A stretch of DNA of 64,000 nt. Source: Ostrea edulis. Its lineage: Eukaryota. The notes under the pieces are model-generated. The model was not told where the DNA came from and did no database searches. It was given only the letters and a program-made list of their open reading frames with translations. The DNA lies in the NCBI RefSeq assembly GCF_947568905.1, contig NC_079165.1:23808001-23872000 (forward strand), written 5' to 3'. Of this stretch, positions 24,436 to 38,239 are shown piece by piece (the first letter of the stretch is position 1; each line of letters starts with the position of its first letter). A program made the translations under genes and the position numbers.

Positions 24436-25859
24436 ACGATCAGCTGACGATCTTGAACGCAGCCGCGATCAACAGTTTAACCAGTTATTCAATCACTGTG
24501 TTTGTTTCGTCAGTCATTAATTTATTTCTGGCAACAAGCTGTCCCACAATACTTACACTAGCAAACTGACTATCCATAAGTTATCTGGTAGCCTATCTAC
24601 AAAGCTTTTCTGTAAGTCATCTCCGATTCAAAGCAACGAGTCAAGACCGGAAAACACGTGTAGCACACTAAATGTTAAATCCGACATAGTCACAATTCCC
24701 GGTTTGATTTGGGTCACTAAAATCGCATTATTTTTTGGGTTGCCTCCCCCTCCCTATGAAAATTCTGCTTATCAAAATATTGTTCCGATGAAAGCTTTCA
24801 TATCTGTTACCTGGCTTTATAGATATTCGCTGATTTGGTTAGATAGATGTACGGAGGGTGCCTTTAACCAGGCCCATAGGCCATTGAATATTTTTATTTA
24901 ATTTTTTTTTTGAAAACTAGATTTAAAAACTTATCCAAAAACATCTTAGATATTTGCTCTAGATATTAAAATCTGTTTTCATCCTAATTTCAAATATAAG
25001 TGAATTGCAATGTAAGCAAAATGTGTGGAATTTTGAAGTTATCGATCATTATTGAAATTGTCATCGAAGTGCTAAAAAATGTTGGGATAGTCGTTGACCA
25101 TTGAGGTATGAGGGAAATTCCACACCCTCCGTATTTTTTTCGTGTTTGTTCAGGAAGATATGTTTTGATGACGGTTTAATGCCGAACTAATCTGTGATTT
25201 AATTATTACTAAATGTACGTTATTTGAAACACGTTTCTTTTCTCAACAGATTTTATTTTCGAACCGAATATTGTGAAAATGATAATATGATAATTTTCAA
25301 ATCTTAGAACGATGGAGCACACACAAACCAGACAGTATGATCAGTAGATGGTGGGGCGCCAAATGAACATAAACTCAAGTAATTGAAGATATGACATATC
25401 ATATATACATTGTATATTATTTAAAGATATCATAAATTCATTTGATGCATGTTCGCAATTCAATTAAAAATATATCTTCAAATAATTAATAACTTCAATT
25501 CTGAATTATTAAGGAGAGAACAATATTAGGCATTGCACCTGCTGTTTGATCCTATTCATGTAATATTTTTTTGCATGAATAAAATAATTCTTACAACAAT
25601 TATTAATTATTACGCATTGAATTGCTCATACATGTAGCAATAATTCTTTTAGAGAGAGCAACTATATGATAAGAGATAAAAAGAGATATCTTTAATTCAA
25701 CATATCCGCAATTGTTGGTATCTTTGAAAGAATTTGAAAATTTATTTACCCTAAACTTATTTCATATACACACTCACACATAAATCATCGATCATCATCA
25801 TCATCATCGGCATTTCGATTAATGTGCAGGATTAGGTGCATCTTCCACAGCAGTGGGCT

Positions 25860-26190
25860 CCCTTTCAGATAACAAGGAAACACAGGTCAGATAGAGAGGA
25901 CACAAAGGTCAGATAAAGAGGACCCAAAGGTCAGATAACAAGGAAACACAGGTCAGATAAAGAGGACACAAAGGTCAGATAAAAAGGACCCAAAGGTCAG
26001 ATAACAAGGAAACACAGGTCAGATAATGAGGAAACAAAGGTCGGGTAATGAGGAAACAAAGGTCAGGTAATGAGGAAACAAAGGTCGGGTAATGAGGAAA
26101 CAAAGGTCAGATAAAGAGGAAACAAAGGTCAGGTAATGAGGAAACAAAGGTCAGATAACGAGGACTCAAGGTCAGATAATGAGGACACAA
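25860..26190. repeat. About 18-19-bp purine-rich minisatellite
   Basis: Units like aaggtcagataatgaggaaaca. Confidence 0.9.
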
Positions 26191-28349
26191 GTCCACAACA
26201 TGCAGTGATATCATTGGCCCCACCTCAAATATAAAAGTGGTAGTCACAAAATGACCAGCACATTTATTAACCATGTTGAAATTTTTGCTCATTACTGATT
26301 TCAATATCATTCCTATGCATACGAAACATGTTGATGGTTAATCCATACACTCTATATATTAGAAATGGTTGTAAAGGCAGAAAATCACGTCTATCACAGA
26401 TTAAGATGATGTCAAAGAGCATTTGATGTCCCCAATTTCCACATGTATCATGAGGGTCGATCATTACCATAGTGCATAATCATAATGTTTAAACCAAGTG
26501 AAACATTTTAGGATTACCCAAATTTTGAGGCAAAGATATGAGGTTTCATGTACCTACATATGTAGCTCTTTGTTATTTTAAGAAAGGGTTAAAGAAAAGT
26601 ATAGGTCTGTATGCTGAGGAGCAATTCAACAATACCCCCAATTACTGTGCAGCCTCAATTTTGTAACCATGTTAATTGAACCTGAATTGGCAAATCTGAG
26701 AACTGACCATACTGAAAAAAAGATGATTCACCTGGAATGATTCAACCATCAAATTCAAGACCCTGATTTGTGATTCAACTGCTTTGTGAATTATCATTTC
26801 ACTCCACTGGCACTCATTGATTGTGAAATGTAGAATAAATTTTTAAAAAACCTGTAAATTACATGTAATAGCAATTTAATATTATGGAATGGCCTTGTAC
26901 ATAAAGAACACACAGTTACATGTTTATAAACATAAATACAACATGCTAAAAATGTCCATCATAAGAATCACAACAGATTTTCAAGAATGATATTTAAATT
27001 GATGTAAATAAATAAATGTACACTGTGGGGGCATTGCATCATACTGTACATCTTCTCATTCAAATAATGCATTCAGGTAAAGACAATGGAAAACTAAACA
27101 GAATGGGGAGGTTCTCTAAAATAAAAACCTTGAAAATTTAAGAAATTCACCTTTTGCAACCTATAGTCATGATATACCTGGTACAACATTCTCTCATACC
27201 CATTTTTAAGATTTACCATTGAGCTACTGGTCTGCTGCTACCATAGCCTCAGTCAACAGAATGTACATGTTATCTATAGACCAAGACTCTGGTGTGTGAG
27301 AAGGAATTCTAATATCAAATAACAGATAATTAAGTTTATGAAAATAATAAATATAATCATGTGGTCATCACAGCAACTTAAAAAACAAATATTCTATCAA
27401 TAATTCATTATCATGAAACATAATCATTATCACGATACATAATGAATGATACACATCTTAAATAGCATTAATTTTATTAAATCAGGGTGATGGTACTGCA
27501 TTTCAATAATTAATAAAAGTTTTATTTATTTATTTTCTATGTATTATGTGTATAACATTCTGTTGTAAGGTATATATGCATTGTAAAGCACCTTTGAGCG
27601 TACATAGTGTATGAAAAGGGTGCTATATAAATATGGTATTATTATTATTAATATTTCATACAACAGTTAATTCTAAACTCAAGGCAGACTTTGAATAAGA
27701 TATTCTCATATATCATATTTTCATATTTGGTACTTCTTGAAAATATTTGGAGAAATGAGTACCTAGCATGCAAGATTTAATAATCATTTCAACACAATGG
27801 CAACATTATGCACAATTTCTTTACAAACGAAAAACAACAATATAAATACGAAAATTCCTATCTATAAATCAAATTCTATGTCTATAAAAAATAAAATGAT
27901 ATGATCACCAAAATATATATGTGCTAAAAGATCTGTATGGATATAGCAAACCATATAAAGATCTGTAGATTGACAGCTTCATGAACAACAAAATCAGGGT
28001 GATGGTACTGCATTTCAAATATTTTATAAACTGTATGCACGATTTTGCAGCCATTCACTTTGGCACAAAACTTGAAATACTATCATAAACATATATATTC
28101 AACTTTGGATATCATCTTAACCCAAAAGAAGACTTGAAGTGTAAACATGTAATGTACAGATTAGAAACAGACTTCAATGTGGCTCCCCTTTGTCATGGAT
28201 GTGGAGGAATATGTGTACTCCTGTTTGAGCATTTAGAAAAGTAAGACTTTCATAACATTATTCAATATATCCCAGCATATACACACCACACACCACAGTC
28301 TTAGTACAGGCAGAAAACTTTAAGTTGTATATAGATACAAGATTCCTTA

Positions 28350-28560
28350 ACGAGAAGTCACATGACGTCTGTTGAAATCTATCTTAATAAGAAGTCACAT
28401 GACATCTGCTGTTAATTTATCTCAACGAGGAGTCACATGACATCTGCTGTTAATTTATCTTAACAAGAAGTCACATGACATCTGCTGTAAATCTTTCTTA
28501 ATAAGAAGTCACATGACATTTGCTGTAAATCTATCTTGAGAAGTCACATGTCTGCTGTAA
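28350..28560. repeat. About 38-bp tandem repeat with GTCACATGAC core, 6 copies
   Basis: aagtcacatgacatctgctgt..at.tatctt repeated; the last copy is truncated. Confidence 0.88.
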
Positions 28561-30111
28561 ATCTGCAAACTGACATATTGTTCTCGGAAGTATCATGCTG
28601 TCTTTACAATTTTATTATGTATTTAATGAAAGAAAAAAGAAAATCACATGCAAAATGTTCTACAAACGAGAATATAAAAAGAGGACATTCTTAATTTGAC
28701 TCAACACCTCTCTGATTACACAGGTCAAGGACATCTTCTGAAGGAAATGACACTGAGGTAGTTAGCATTCACAGTCTATGAAATCAGTTACCATAGTAAC
28801 CGTACACAAATTTAAAGTATTCATGATCATTCATTGCAGTTCTAGTTCCAGTTTTGGCCTACAGTAAAACCAGAACTGGTCACAATGAAACCAGAATTGC
28901 CATGGTCACAGCGAAAATACCACATTATATTTCAGCAAATAACGTTAGCAGTATTTTCGTGGAACCAGTTTTTGTAATTTTCTGAGAAAAAATCCAGTTT
29001 GATTAATATTAGATTTTCTTTTCATTATATAATTCATGTATTACTAAAACTATATACCCGAATATCTTCGAAACATTTCAAAATTTCACCACTTAATACC
29101 CTTATCTTAAAACGGCAAATTTAAAACTCGGTGAAATAAATTCACTCATTAAATTTACTCTACATTAACTTTTTATCCTTCAAAGAGAAAAAGTGAGCAA
29201 GCTCATATATCCTAATTGCCCCCACAATGAATGGCATTGCTATACACCAAATACAACAAATCACTTTTACATCTTAATGTTTATTTGAATGGCAACATGT
29301 TGGGCTTATGGAGCTGGTATACTTTATTATCATATACATTTTTCTTTCTGTATATGTGGTCAATAAAGGAGCCATGTTCAAAAGGGGCATAACTCCCAGG
29401 AAAAAAATCAAATAAGAATTTCCTGCACATATACACTGCAATACAGTGCAATACTATAACCATAAAAAAAAGTTATATGAAATTCAATTCAGAGGAGTTG
29501 CACTGACAAGTTGTTTCAGTGGAATATTTGATTTAAGCAAAACTTCTATGTTTAAGACAGGCATGACTCCCAGTGGAAAACAATTAAATCAGAATTTCCT
29601 TCAAATGTGCATATAACTTAAATTCTGCTAAGCAGTTTCAGATGAGTTGCACCAACAAGAACAGGTCATAAACTTTATACATGTATCCACCACAACTCGT
29701 TGCATGGAGTATAACTACCCTCTTCACCAACCCATTAAAGGTAAACCAATAAACCACATTTATACTCCATCAATGCCCTGATATACATGTCACTTCCTGT
29801 CTTCTATTTTACTGTCATATGTTTTTCACTGTTCATATTGTGATGTTGGAGACACACGCACCAAAGCAACATTTCTGTGTTACCTTTCTGATGTACAATG
29901 AGCAATTTTCGGTACAACAAATCTTGTATGACTTGGCATTATGTTCCAGTATGAACACATGGATACTGTTTCAATATATAGGTGACATTAGGAATCAGGT
30001 CCAAAATGTGAAGAGGGCTTCCCAAGTCTTGTCAACTATCATACTTTATTACCCTTGCTCAAATATATTCTATATATCAAGACAATAACAAAGTATCTTA
30101 TTTACTGTAAA

Positions 30112-30523
30112 CAGGGCTTGAAGCTAACTTTTTATGTCACCAGTCCAGCCAGACTGATGGGGTATAATTTCAACCAGTCCGCAGAAAAATTTACCAGTCC
30201 AACACAGAGTTTTCCAGAAATAATTAAACATATTTCGTTGATGTTATTAAAATGAAATCCAACTCAATATGCCTCAGACAATATTGTAACACTCAAATAT
30301 GGAATTTATACTTACGAATCAGAATAAAAAAATTCTGATTCGTCTGATATCTACAGATCGAAGCATGCCAAATGTGTATAAAATTTCATATTAAGTATAT
30401 TTTCCAAAATGATGCTTTAGAAAATTAACCAGTCCCATCGGACTGACTAAAACAAATGTCGGTCAGTCCGCCAGACTTTTAGCCAGTCACAGACTGACAG
30501 GCATATGTTAATTTCGAGCCCTG
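30112..30523. mobile_element. MITE with CAGGG termini and 5-bp direct repeat
   Basis: TIR CAGGGCT(T/C)GAA(GC/AT)TAAC; flanked by GTAAA on both sides; internal ccagtcc/ggactg subrepeats. Confidence 0.72.
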
Positions 30524-31328
30524 GTAAACATAATTTTTACGTGCAGTATTTATTTCTGTTAAGTCTGCACAGTCCCATGATATCTGTGTCATTCCATACC
30601 AGTGGATTTAAAGCATGTAAGCTAATTTTACGTAAGCTGTATACAACCCAGCGGAATTTCACACACACAGACCAAACCAAATTAATCTGCAAAATTATGA
30701 CTCCGGGAAACTATACATAAGTCGACAGTACATGGTTTTGAGTGAATCTGAATTAGACTAAAACTACTTTTCAATGCATCTAGGCAAAAGTTACAAGGTG
30801 AAAAATGTATACAAGTACAATTAGCAGGGGGGTGTAAATCCCATGACATCATACAGGAGCCTAAAAATTCAAAATCAAACCACCTGAATTCTTATTGATT
30901 CCATGGCAATTTGTTCACTTGACAAAATCCTGTATGTACAAACTACTGTCAATATTCAACATCTGATTTGCAAAAATTTTATTTTCTTAATTTCCCACGA
31001 ATTATTTTTAAAATCTGCAAGCAGTGATGTATAAATTGAATCAAAATTCACAGAAATTATGTTTCGCTAAAAGACCTGGCAAAGCAAATTCACATAAATA
31101 AAATCTCACAAAATTTAAACCTTACTTTGCAGTATAAATAATATTTTACAATCTTATAATATTTCTACAAAATCTATCCTAAACAATTATGTTCACATCT
31201 TATTCAGAAACAACAGAAAATATCTATAATGACATTGTGCTTACTCATCTACATTACTTATAAAATGAAATCATCATGACTTTTCCAATATACATTTATA
31301 AATTTGACACAGTTGCACCTTGCATATT

Positions 31329-32513
31329 TTATGGGAAGTCCATGGGGTTATTTTTATCAGGGGTTGATATCTTAATGCCGTGTATTTTCCAGAGATGCCT
31401 TGTTTTACTGTCTGCCCTGGAATAAAACTTGCCGCACACATTGCACTCAAAATGAGGAATGTCCCCACAGTTATAGCGCTCGTGTCGCATCTGCGACTTC
31501 TTGCTGCTGAAGCCTGATCCACATTTACTGCACTTGAAGACTTTGCTTTTGTTGTGGATCGCATTCAAAGAAATCTTTTTATTCCTGTGCCTGGAAATTT
31601 TCTCACCTCGAGTGTTTTCTGGAAGTTCTGGTAACAGATCGAGGACTTCCACTTCTGGCAGACTGGGCTCTGTTTCAGTTGTTAGATCTAAATCGATCTC
31701 TGAGTCCGCGTAATTACATACAGGCTTATCATCCACAGAGTACGCAGCCTCACATTCAACTCCATCCTCACTGCCGTCAATTACGCATTTTTGACTCATA
31801 AATTCACTTTCATTAACCGTTTCATCTGGAAAAGAATTTTCAGTTTCATTGTCATGAGTGCAATGATCTTTTTCAAAACTGTTTTGGAAATATTGTACAC
31901 GAACAATTCTCTTTGGATTTTGCTTCCTCTTTGGTCGACTCGAGTAGTTGGGTGGTCTTGTTTCTTGGGCTTCCTGATGTTCTTCCTTAATGGCTATATG
32001 TTGGGAAACAGTGGATTCTGTTTCTTCATCCTGGTTTAAAATGAAAAGATTTTGATCCATTTCGATGGTAGAGAGGTTTTCATTATAGGTGTGATCCAGG
32101 GAGGAATTGTGGCTGTCTGGGTCTTCCTCAGATTTCAATTCACCTTCATCCAAATGAGCATTGTTTTGTTGTGCAATAAATTCTATATCAACTTCCTCTT
32201 TAATTTGAAAATTAGTGGAAGGATTAGAGTCCGATTCCTTTGAGATATAAATTGGAATGCTATCTTGTTCTCTGTGAAATTGTTCAAGAGGTGGATTGGC
32301 TAGCCTTTTCCGTCTGTTTTTAAAATTGCTTGAAGGCAAAATCTTGTGAATTTTCACTACATCCTGACTTTCTGAGTTAAGTGTTGACAAACAAATAATG
32401 GCATCTACTTCCACATCACCACAAGCTTGATAGTGTTCTTTACAGATTTGTAAGATGACAGATTGTAGCATACGACAGACATCACCTCTGGGGTGGCCCG
32501 TGTCTTCATCCAT
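31329..32513 (-). CDS. Zinc-finger protein (about 394 aa) with C-terminal C2HC + C2H2 finger pair and an unnamed N-terminal module
   Basis: Within ORF 31329-32645. Acceptor ttttcAG at 32539-32538, first in-frame ATG at 32513 (an upstream coding exon cannot be excluded). Fingers: CSKCGSGFSSKKSQMRHERYNC and CNVCGKFYSRADSKTRHLWKIH. Acidic central linker with NLS-like basic clusters (NRRKR, RPKRK). Confidence 0.88.
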   Translation of the reverse strand: MDEDTGHPRGDVCRMLQSVILQICKEHYQACGDVEVDAIICLSTLNSESQDVVKIHKILPSSNFKNRRKRLANPPLEQFHREQDSIPIYISKESDSNPSTNFQIKEEVDIEFIAQQNNAHLDEGELKSEEDPDSHNSSLDHTYNENLSTIEMDQNLFILNQDEETESTVSQHIAIKEEHQEAQETRPPNYSSRPKRKQNPKRIVRVQYFQNSFEKDHCTHDNETENSFPDETVNESEFMSQKCVIDGSEDGVECEAAYSVDDKPVCNYADSEIDLDLTTETEPSLPEVEVLDLLPELPENTRGEKISRHRNKKISLNAIHNKSKVFKCSKCGSGFSSKKSQMRHERYNCGDIPHFECNVCGKFYSRADSKTRHLWKIHGIKISTPDKNNPMDFP

Positions 32514-32732
32514 GACTGCTAAACTCTCAGCATCTACCTGAAAAAAATAATTCTTGTATATTGTTAGTTTGAAAAATGTTTGTACATAATGTGCACTCTT
32601 TTGTTCACAAATCATAGGCTTTAAATAAGCATGTACATATATCAAAAATGGATTTCTAAATTATGCTTGTATATATAGTAATGAGACAAGAAATGAAAAC
32701 TAAGAATTACAGAAACATTCAAAAGTTATGAG

Positions 32733-33117
32733 AAGTGATGAAAAATCGGATAAATTTCATGATAATCGATCATAATCGGAAGAACTGTATCGATTAATGA
32801 TCGATATAATCGGTATTTACATGTAGTTAATAAATGTTTATTATTTTTTGGGGTTATTTCTATTTAGTTTTATGGATATGTGCAGCATACACACTAGCTG
32901 GTGTCACTGAATTCCCACTTTTCAATGTGGAGTCCACTCTGACTCTCCCCCACATATATCTTGATATAAAAGCGGGATTAACAGTCAGATGAATCTCGGA
33001 TTAGATATTAATTAGTGTACAGGTGAAAATGGATTATGAAAAATAGAATCGATAATCGGAATCGAAGAGCCAAAAACGATCTACAATCGATTGTCGGCGA
33101 CAATCGTTTCATCACTC
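32733..33117. mobile_element. hAT-type MITE upstream of the zinc-finger exon
   Basis: TIR (A/G)AGTGATGAAA and a perfect 8-bp TSD GTTATGAG (32725-32732, 33118-33125). Confidence 0.82.
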
Positions 33118-33214
33118 GTTATGAGCAAGGTTATAGTTTCAGACAAACAGGATAAAAACAAGAAACTGAAAAACCACACCCTTCCCCAACTTTAGTCGCA
33201 GGGGCATAAAAAAA

Positions 33215-33544
33215 GCTTCAATCTACACAACTTAGGAACATTTGCATTTTGATATGATTTATTGTGGCCCTGACTGCGACTGTAGTCTAGAGGTAGAGCA
33301 TTTGCCCCGCATGTAAAAGGTCGGGGTTCGAATCCCAGCCGCAACAGACCCAAGTCGTTATAACAAGTAGTGAGAGTTCCATCACCAAATGCTCGGTATC
33401 AGGTGTGAATGTCACAGGTCTTCAGAGATGACCTTAAAAGTGTATGCCCTGTATCACAGTAGGTGTGGCACGCTAAAGATCCCTCCATGCTTTAAGGCCG
33501 TAAGCGCTGAGCATAGGCCTAAATTTGAAGTCCTTCACCGGTAT

Positions 33545-33579
<35 letters not shown>

Positions 33580-34300
33580 AGGGACGTTAAATAAGATAAA
33601 ATACTGTGGCCCTGCTACTCTTGAAAAGAATTTGTTTAATTAATTCCCTGTATACTCCTATATAAAACCTAGATCTCCAATTATGGCCCCACCCTACCAC
33701 CGAGGCCCCTTAAAGTACACTGAACGAATCTGGAGATGCTTGCAGATTACTATGAGAAATCATAGTTATTATTGAGAAGATTTTTTTCTATATATTCCCA
33801 TCTACAATTGTATTGTGGCCCCACCATACCCCCTGGAATCAGGATTTGAACAAATTTGAATCTACATTACCTGGGTATGCTTGCATATTAATATGACAAA
33901 TCATGCCCCTGTTTTTGTCAAGATAAAGATATTCCCATGTAAAACTTTAATCCTCTATTGTAACCTCACCCTACCCCAACGACCATGATTTAAACAAATT
34001 TAAATCTGCACTATGTCAGGAAGCTTTCATGTAAATTTCAACTTTTCTGGTTCAGTGGTTCTTGAGAAAAAGATTTTTAAATGATTACCTCCCTTTTGAG
34101 GAAGTATGACCCTTCATTTCAACTTTGAATCCCTTTTAGCTAGGGATAATTTGTACCAAGAGTGATTGAAATTGGCTCGGTGGTTCTGGAGAAGAAGATA
34201 TAATGAGAAAAGTTTACAGGTAGGTAGGTAGATGGATGGATGGATGGACAAAAGGTGATCAGAAAAGATCACTTAAGCTTTCAGCTCAGGTGAGCTAAAA
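33215..34300. mobile_element. Helentron-like non-autonomous element with diverged internal repeats (host of the SINE)
   Basis: Repeated tgtggccc.accc.acc units, (GATG)n microsatellite, and terminal hairpin agctcaggtgagct followed by an A tract. Architecture resembles oyster Helentron non-autonomous elements (from memory). Confidence 0.55.
33272..33604 (+). mobile_element. Full-length tRNA-derived SINE
   Basis: A box (tagtctagaggtagagc), B box (ggttcgaatcc), central ggtgtggcacgctaaagatccctc, LINE-like 3' tail, and 9-bp TSD TGTGGCCCT (33263-33271, 33605-33613). Confidence 0.88.
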
Positions 34301-35532
34301 AAAAACTACCGACATTTCTGGGAATGTTGGGTTTATTTATCTACACTGATCTAGAAATATCTTATAGGGATTTTTTTGTTTGAAAAAGATTTTGTATCAA
34401 ATAAAGTGAATTGTTTGTGAACTCTTGTCTCAGTACTGTATGCAGTTGTGATATTCAAACTGTAAGCATCACAAACGAACCCCACTTTGTGGGATTAATT
34501 ATTTGCTAAATTCAAAGTTTACAACTCTTTCAAATAAATGTCAACAGAGCCCAAACTGAAACTTGAGAGGATCTGACACCCATTGATACAAGTTCATTTA
34601 TACATTTTCAATTCAATAGCTGCAGGGAGAGCCCAAAAAGTCGGGAAAACTCTCAAATGTATGAAATCTGCTAAGGCCAAGGTCCACAACTCTTTGAAAT
34701 CAAAAATAAAAAAAGTGAGGGGGGGGGGGGGGGGGGGGCAACAAAACCCAAACTCAAACTTGATCTGAGACCCATTCATATATGTTCAAGTATAAATTTT
34801 CAAATCAATCACTGCAGAGATAGTAAAAAACTGGGGGAAAACTGTCAATGCATTGGCACATTTTTGAACTGGTTGATAACTATAGGCTTTTCCCTGCATG
34901 TAGACGGAACCCTAACAAGGGATTTGTTCTGATGATAGAAATGAACAGAAATACAAACTGGATATCTTACATCCACTGTAAATTTTAGGAAAATATCAAA
35001 TCCCTGGGTCAGAACAATGTAAATTTCATTAAATGATAATGAAGTATTGTACAGAATTTCAAGGTTATCCGACAAACCATATAGAAGAAGTGTTCACAGG
35101 CTATTCTACATCCTCCTCTCTTAAGATCCACTATAACTTTAAGGGTATCAATTGATTCTCATGTCCTGACAATATGCACATTTACAAATGGCAATGAAGC
35201 ACTGTACAATGTTTCAAATCTATCAGATAAGCCATATAATAGGAGAAGTGTTCACAAGCTATTTTACATCCTCCATCGCTCTTAGACCCACTATATCTTT
35301 TGGTATTGTACAAATTGATAAGCCATAGAAGAGGAGAAGCGTTCCAAAGATTTTGAGACAGATTGAGAGAAATTACAAAAACAATATGTCTCCCCTGGAA
35401 GCAGGGAGGCATAATTTATAAAATGCTGGTGTCAAGGTATATGTATGCAAATTAAATCAAACATTAACATCATTAGATTTTGAATTTCAACGGATTGTGG
35501 AAACCAACCATGCTTCAGAAATATGGTTAATA

Positions 35533-36006
35533 CCGTATATACTCCCTATAGGTTGGTTTGCGTATAAGTCGGTTGTATAGTTCTTATATTATTTTGGAGG
35601 GAATTGTCATTGACCCATTTATAAGTTGGTCTATCTTTTTTTCAAGAATCGGTTGACAATTTCAAATCAACGCTCTAATGTTTTTACTTGTGTTTCAAAT
35701 AATATTTTGAGAAATGCGCAGATATTTGTCTAATGATATTTTTTCCCAACAAATCAATTTCATATCAATACTCTTATGTATTTAACTGTGTTCCAATAAT
35801 GTTTAGGGATATGACATCGATATTTCACTTTTTATTCTCAATAAATTAAACAGTTACTATTTTGTTTATTTCGTTCATGTTTTTGTCAATACATTACGCC
35901 ATCCAGAAAAATACCAATCTTCTTAAGACACTCCTGTAAGTCGGACATAGAGTTTTGGACCAAAATTTTACTCCCAAAAATCCGACTTATAGGTGAGTAT
36001 ATACGG
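35533..36006. mobile_element. Second, internally shorter copy of the same Tc1/pogo-type MITE
   Basis: TA-CCGTATATACTC...GAGTATATACGG-TA; internal sequence shared with 23131-23996 (acattacgcc..cagaaaa.taccaatcttctta). Confidence 0.85.
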
Positions 36007-36093
36007 TAATTAGAATAGAGTACATGACCTGTATCGTGATCTATGGCACACGATGTCGATTAGGCCTATTTGCTAGACTGGCTATTCGGTGTA

Positions 36094-36463
36094 TAGTGAT
36101 TTTTCTACATTTTTAACAAGGGTCCTGTGGCTTTTGAATTGGGAAAAATTGTCGACATTTCAGTCAAATTGGGAAAAATCAATTTTATCGTAAATAAGTT
36201 TTAAAATCATATCAAACATTATATTATCTTTATTTTACACATATAATTTTCTTTAACCTTCTAAAATTTTCATCTATTCTATCCAAATCATCATTCCCAT
36301 AACTCTTATGTATATAATTCACATCGAATGTTTTTTTAAATACGTTTTCCTTTCATAATTCTATTATTGGGAAAAATGCAAGCAAAATTGGGAAAAAATT
36401 GGTAATTTTTAGGAGGGGAAAGGGACGAAATTCGGACCCAAAATGGGCCTAAAAAAATCACTG
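36094..36463. mobile_element. Probable hAT-like MITE
   Basis: Short TIR (T/C)AGTGATTTTTT with ttgggaaaaa subrepeats; no clean TSD. Confidence 0.45.
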
Positions 36464-37344
36464 ATGTATGTCTGATTAATACATCACAGTATAACCAAAA
36501 TATACATATTATTATACATACATATGAGAGGTGGTAAATAAGTCTCTGTTTATATATGTAGATATTTGTAGCTGTGACAAGAATAACTTTTCTTTTTATA
36601 ATACCCAGAACTCATACCAAGTTGCTTTTCTATCGTACACACTGCCATTCCTGAGAGTACTAAATCTTGCAAAAACTTCATATCAAAGATCATAAATCAA
36701 TAATTCTGGTCATTAATGAATGAAAATGAAATGTATTAATACTGATCTTTAAATATCATTTAATTTTTTTTTTATTCAGAACTTTTATACAGTCACATTA
36801 TTAATGAGGGATTATTCTACGAAAACAATAAAAATAATTTCTCGTTTCCCCCGGCATGCACAATTTTTAACACAATCACAGATAGATCTACTGTTCCTGT
36901 GGCTGTGCAAGTATAGTGTGTATAAGTATACGATAACAGCTTTTGCAAGATGATGGCAACACCACTGGAAATCCTGACAAAAATGATTGTAGAATGTAAA
37001 TATGAAAAAAAAAAAAATTCAGAAATTTCAAAAAATGAACTGCAGTGCTTCACACCAGCATACTTGAATACAGTACACTTGGAAGGGGCGGGGGGGAGGG
37101 GGGACTGCAGATGCAGCTCCTGCCGAGTGCACGGTGTGGAAGTGGTGCATGGCTGAATGAAAATATCTTTTTTCCAATATATCATATACTGTTTTAGTTT
37201 GCTGTTTCCTTTTATGCAAATTTTGCAGCCTTTCATCTGCATTACTACCAATTTTTGCTTTTTGTTTAATTTTTATTTTTTGTTCTGTCTTTCAAAAGTT
37301 TCATTTTTATTTCATCTTCGTTTGTATCCCTTGTAACTTATTTA

Positions 37345-37460
37345 CTTCACCCTGCTATATATTATTTATTTTATTATTATTATATTTACTATACCCTGCT
37401 ATATATTATTTATTTTATCATTATTATATTACTACACCCTGCTATATATTATTTATTTTA
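37345..37460. repeat. About 45-bp AT-rich triplication
   Basis: accctgctatatattatttatttta x3. Confidence 0.85.
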
Positions 37461-38239
37461 TTATATTTTTCCTTATTTTACATTATAACATTTATAGTGC
37501 TTCTTAACAATTCTTAATGCTGTGGTTTGAATTTAATGCTTAAATTTTATAGTGAAAGACTTTTGTTTGATTTGTATTTAATTCTTAACTTCTGAAACTG
37601 TCTATCTATATAGTATGCATGTAAATATGTGGGTTTTTTCGGTTAAAATTTTGTTTTGCATGCTTACCTTGTGATATTTGTATTTTATTTTGTCTGTGAT
37701 AGTCGGTTTAAGAGCTCTGTAGAGCTACTGTTATTTGTTGTCACTTGTACACAGTGCTGACTTTAACACATGAAGTGCCAATGTGCTTCAAGAGGTATAC
37801 ACAGTGTGAAATGCAGCAGTTCATACCCAAATGAATTTTGAAAATGAAATTTATTTCTTAAATAACATACATATTATATGTTATATAAGTCTCTGAGACT
37901 ATATACAACTACTTTATGTTCCATCATCAGATGAAATACCTATCAACACAGCTTTATTTCGTTATTTTCCAAACATCTATATCGTACCAACCAAGGTAAA
38001 GACTCGAACCGTTGATTGATAAAAACGAAAAAGTGCCAAATGTTTACAAAAAAAAAGAACAGAAATTTAATTCAGTTCGAAATTCCTCGATTGATACAAG
38101 GAATATCATGTTGGAAACCAAATACATAATTATATAATTCCTGAAACCAGCCCCATTAGCTGCAGTGAGATAAGTGAAACTAATATAATGAAATCTCCAT
38201 AGAATTAGCATGATCTTTTGTTGACAAGCACTAAATTTC

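Noticed and set aside
33272-33345. Possible tRNA gene
   Set aside because: A/B boxes are present but the cloverleaf is degenerate and runs into a SINE body with a TSD. The same applies to the units at 6713, 8700-8860 and 49170.
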